From NCBI GenBank assembly GCA_016201875.1, contig JACQBY010000134.1, positions 1 to 37,219 on the forward strand: DNA of 37,219 bases, given 5' to 3'. The notes beneath the pieces were generated by a model. It made no database searches, was not told where the DNA came from, and worked only from the letters and a program-made list of their open reading frames with translations. The DNA is from Nitrospirota bacterium. Its GTDB lineage: Bacteria > Nitrospirota > Nitrospiria > JACQBW01. The position numbers were made by a program, and so were the translations under genes. Position 1 is the stretch's first letter. Each line of letters opens with the position of its first letter. Below are positions 35,609 through 37,219 of the stretch, piece after piece.

Positions 35609-35644
35609 ATTATATATATATACTTTTATAAAATAATTTTTAGA

Positions 35645-35674
35645 AGTTTAATCAAATCCCCATCCATTTGTCAA
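35645..35674 (-). promoter_or_regulatory. Candidate sigma-70 promoter for the riboswitch leader
   Basis: Minus strand TTGACA-N18-TAAACT. Confidence 0.5.
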
Positions 35675-35725
35675 GAAATATTTAAAATCTTAAGACCCTA
35701 GTTTATTATTTGATGATAAAGTATA

Positions 35726-35742
35726 TGCAATTCATAAACCAG
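35726..35742 (-). promoter_or_regulatory. Candidate sigma-54 -24/-12 element upstream of the 1717-aa gene
   Basis: Minus strand CTGGTTTATGAATTGCA (GG-N10-GC). Confidence 0.42.
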
Positions 35743-35925
35743 TTTATTTTAAACCTTAATAAAAAAAATATACTCCAAAGTCATTGAAATATTTAGTAAT
35801 TTTTTTCTAAAAAATGAATAAATCCTTTTTAGTTTGCGCCGAAAAAGAAAAATAGATGAATAAGGACAATAGGAGGAAAAGATTTACCCAAAAAAGCGGT
35901 ATTATTTTTCTCCTTAATGCCAATT

Positions 35926-37080
35926 TTAAAAGTGGAATTGGATGTAGAATGTGATGTCGAATCCATCCAGATCGATAGAAAGATCCTGGGGATCTCCCAC
36001 ATAATCCGCCGCCCCGACGGTTTTCATCGGGGCGTATGTAATGGTATCACCCGGAACAGGCGTATTGACCGGCTTTGGAATGGGTATCGACGGGTCGGGA
36101 GGAGACGAATCGGGAGGCGGCGGAGGTGGATTGGCAAACCCGCTGGCAAAAAACCGGGAGACTTTTAAGGTGGCAATTTTACCGACCACGTAATTGACAT
36201 TGGCCCCTATCGAGAGCCATCTGGCAAAATAGTATTCCCCTCCCGCTCCAAACCGGGTGGTAAACCCATAACCCGATGCTTCAGTCACGCTCACCGAGTC
36301 AAAACTAAGATTATTGTTGGTGATCACCCTTTCTAAAGAGTCCATGGTCAAATAAGCAGCCGACCCCCCGATCAGGCCCAGATTGACATAAAACTTTTTC
36401 TTGCCCGGCTCGTTGTAAAAATGATACCGCAAGCCCGACCAGAGCTGGTTAATCAGCACGTTATACCTGGCATCTCTGGGGACGATACTGGACGGCTGAT
36501 TCGACCGGGTGAAGATGCTCGCCGAATCTTCGGCCCTGGATTCCCCCGCCCAGGAAGAAAACGCCAGGGTAAACGAATATTTGGGATTTAAATCTAAATG
36601 CAATTCGAATCCATATTCACCCAGCCCGAAAATATCCGGGGCCGCGATATTTCTCTGGGTAACGTTAAAATCGGGGTTCCCCGGGAGGAGAAAATTGGGG
36701 TCCTGTAAGATTCCTATCCGGTTATCGGCAAGAATATGATTTAATGTATTGAGGGATGGATGATAAATCCCGATCAGAAGCCCGACGCTCCAGTTTTCCC
36801 AATCGAGCGGTTTGAGAGGAAACGCTTCAAGAAGCGGGAGGGTTGTCTTCTCGGACGATGTCGTCGAAAATTCGGGAGAGGCGGTTCCTGAATCTGCGGC
36901 GGAAAGGGAAAAATCGGGCAGGCCGATCCCAGGACCGGTGGACTCTTCGACCGGCGTCGACGAAAAACCGGGCAACAAGGGGTATTCAGGCGATGGCAGG
37001 GGGGCAAACTGTCCGAAGGCCGGCTGATTGAACGTGGTGACTGCAATCAGACTCCCGATGATGACAAAAAAGTAGTTCAC
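35926..37080 (-). CDS. Outer-membrane beta-barrel protein (small barrel with long loops); probable start GTG 37080
   Basis: Signal peptide ..NQPAFG; strands such as FGAGGEYYFARWLSIGANVNY; C-terminal FYIQFHF; GTGA overlap with the upstream stop. Confidence 0.75.
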   Translation of the reverse strand: MNYFFVIIGSLIAVTTFNQPAFGQFAPLPSPEYPLLPGFSSTPVEESTGPGIGLPDFSLSAADSGTASPEFSTTSSEKTTLPLLEAFPLKPLDWENWSVGLLIGIYHPSLNTLNHILADNRIGILQDPNFLLPGNPDFNVTQRNIAAPDIFGLGEYGFELHLDLNPKYSFTLAFSSWAGESRAEDSASIFTRSNQPSSIVPRDARYNVLINQLWSGLRYHFYNEPGKKKFYVNLGLIGGSAAYLTMDSLERVITNNNLSFDSVSVTEASGYGFTTRFGAGGEYYFARWLSIGANVNYVVGKIATLKVSRFFASGFANPPPPPPDSSPPDPSIPIPKPVNTPVPGDTITYAPMKTVGAADYVGDPQDLSIDLDGFDITFYIQFHF

Positions 37081-37219
37081 ACTTGTGGTCTTCCCATCGG
37101 ACCGAAGATAAATTTTGGGCGGAGCCATACAATTAAAGCGGGTAAAAGGGTGATCGCTCCGACGGAACTGGTCAACATCGCCAGGGGAACCAGAATCCCT
37201 TCGGTGTGGAGGTAATACC
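37077..37219 (-). CDS. 3' end of a probable MMPL/RND-family transporter (not in ORF track)
   Basis: Manual translation YYLHTEGILVPLAMLTSSVGAITLLPALIVWLRPKFIFGPMGRPQV*; the last-TM pattern 'G.L..L.M..S...A.TLLPAL' is typical of MMPL/RND; only a short fragment is visible. Confidence 0.6.
   Translation of the reverse strand, partial: YYLHTEGILVPLAMLTSSVGAITLLPALIVWLRPKFIFGPMGRPQV

Noticed and set aside
567-37031. Numerous plus-strand ORFs (e.g. 10985-11899, 32402-33181, 19286-19834)
   Set aside because: They are antisense shadows of well-supported minus-strand genes with no recognisable motifs.

Overview
37.2-kb bacterial chromosomal segment with every real gene on the minus strand. It comes from a diderm; the gene style suggests Nitrospirota or a deltaproteobacterial-type lineage, which is inference only. 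Housekeeping genes are trpE (partial, absent from the ORF track), tsaC/sua5, purE, prmA, a gamma-carbonic-anhydrase-like gene and moaA. The window also holds a sigma-54 two-component pair, a tadB/tadC module next to a Ser/Thr kinase, and many large exported proteins (Big_2/CARDB-like lipoprotein, FG-GAP lipoprotein, DUF1302-like barrel, TPR+barrel, two secreted beta-rich proteins). A 1717-aa BNR/IPT/CARDB-like protein lies behind a c-di-GMP-I riboswitch. The most unusual signal is a set of small palindromic repeats that insert into coding sequence. Family A is built from 12-bp modules (GCGGACAAACCG, TTCCGCACTTCG and their complements) and its consensus has no stop codon in any frame. I found it at 13 loci, all inside open genes (7 genes), translated in all six frames (EVRNGLSA, ADKPRSAE, SALRGLSA, etc.), with tandem, inverted and nested arrangements. 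Further families (B, C, D) nest inside one another, show compensatory base changes, and add 28 aa to a histidine kinase and about 46-49 aa to a HAD hydrolase. A 133-bp MITE-like element and inverted 7-/8-mer arrays are also present. No transposase is encoded in the window. All calls are from reading the sequence; no database search was run.
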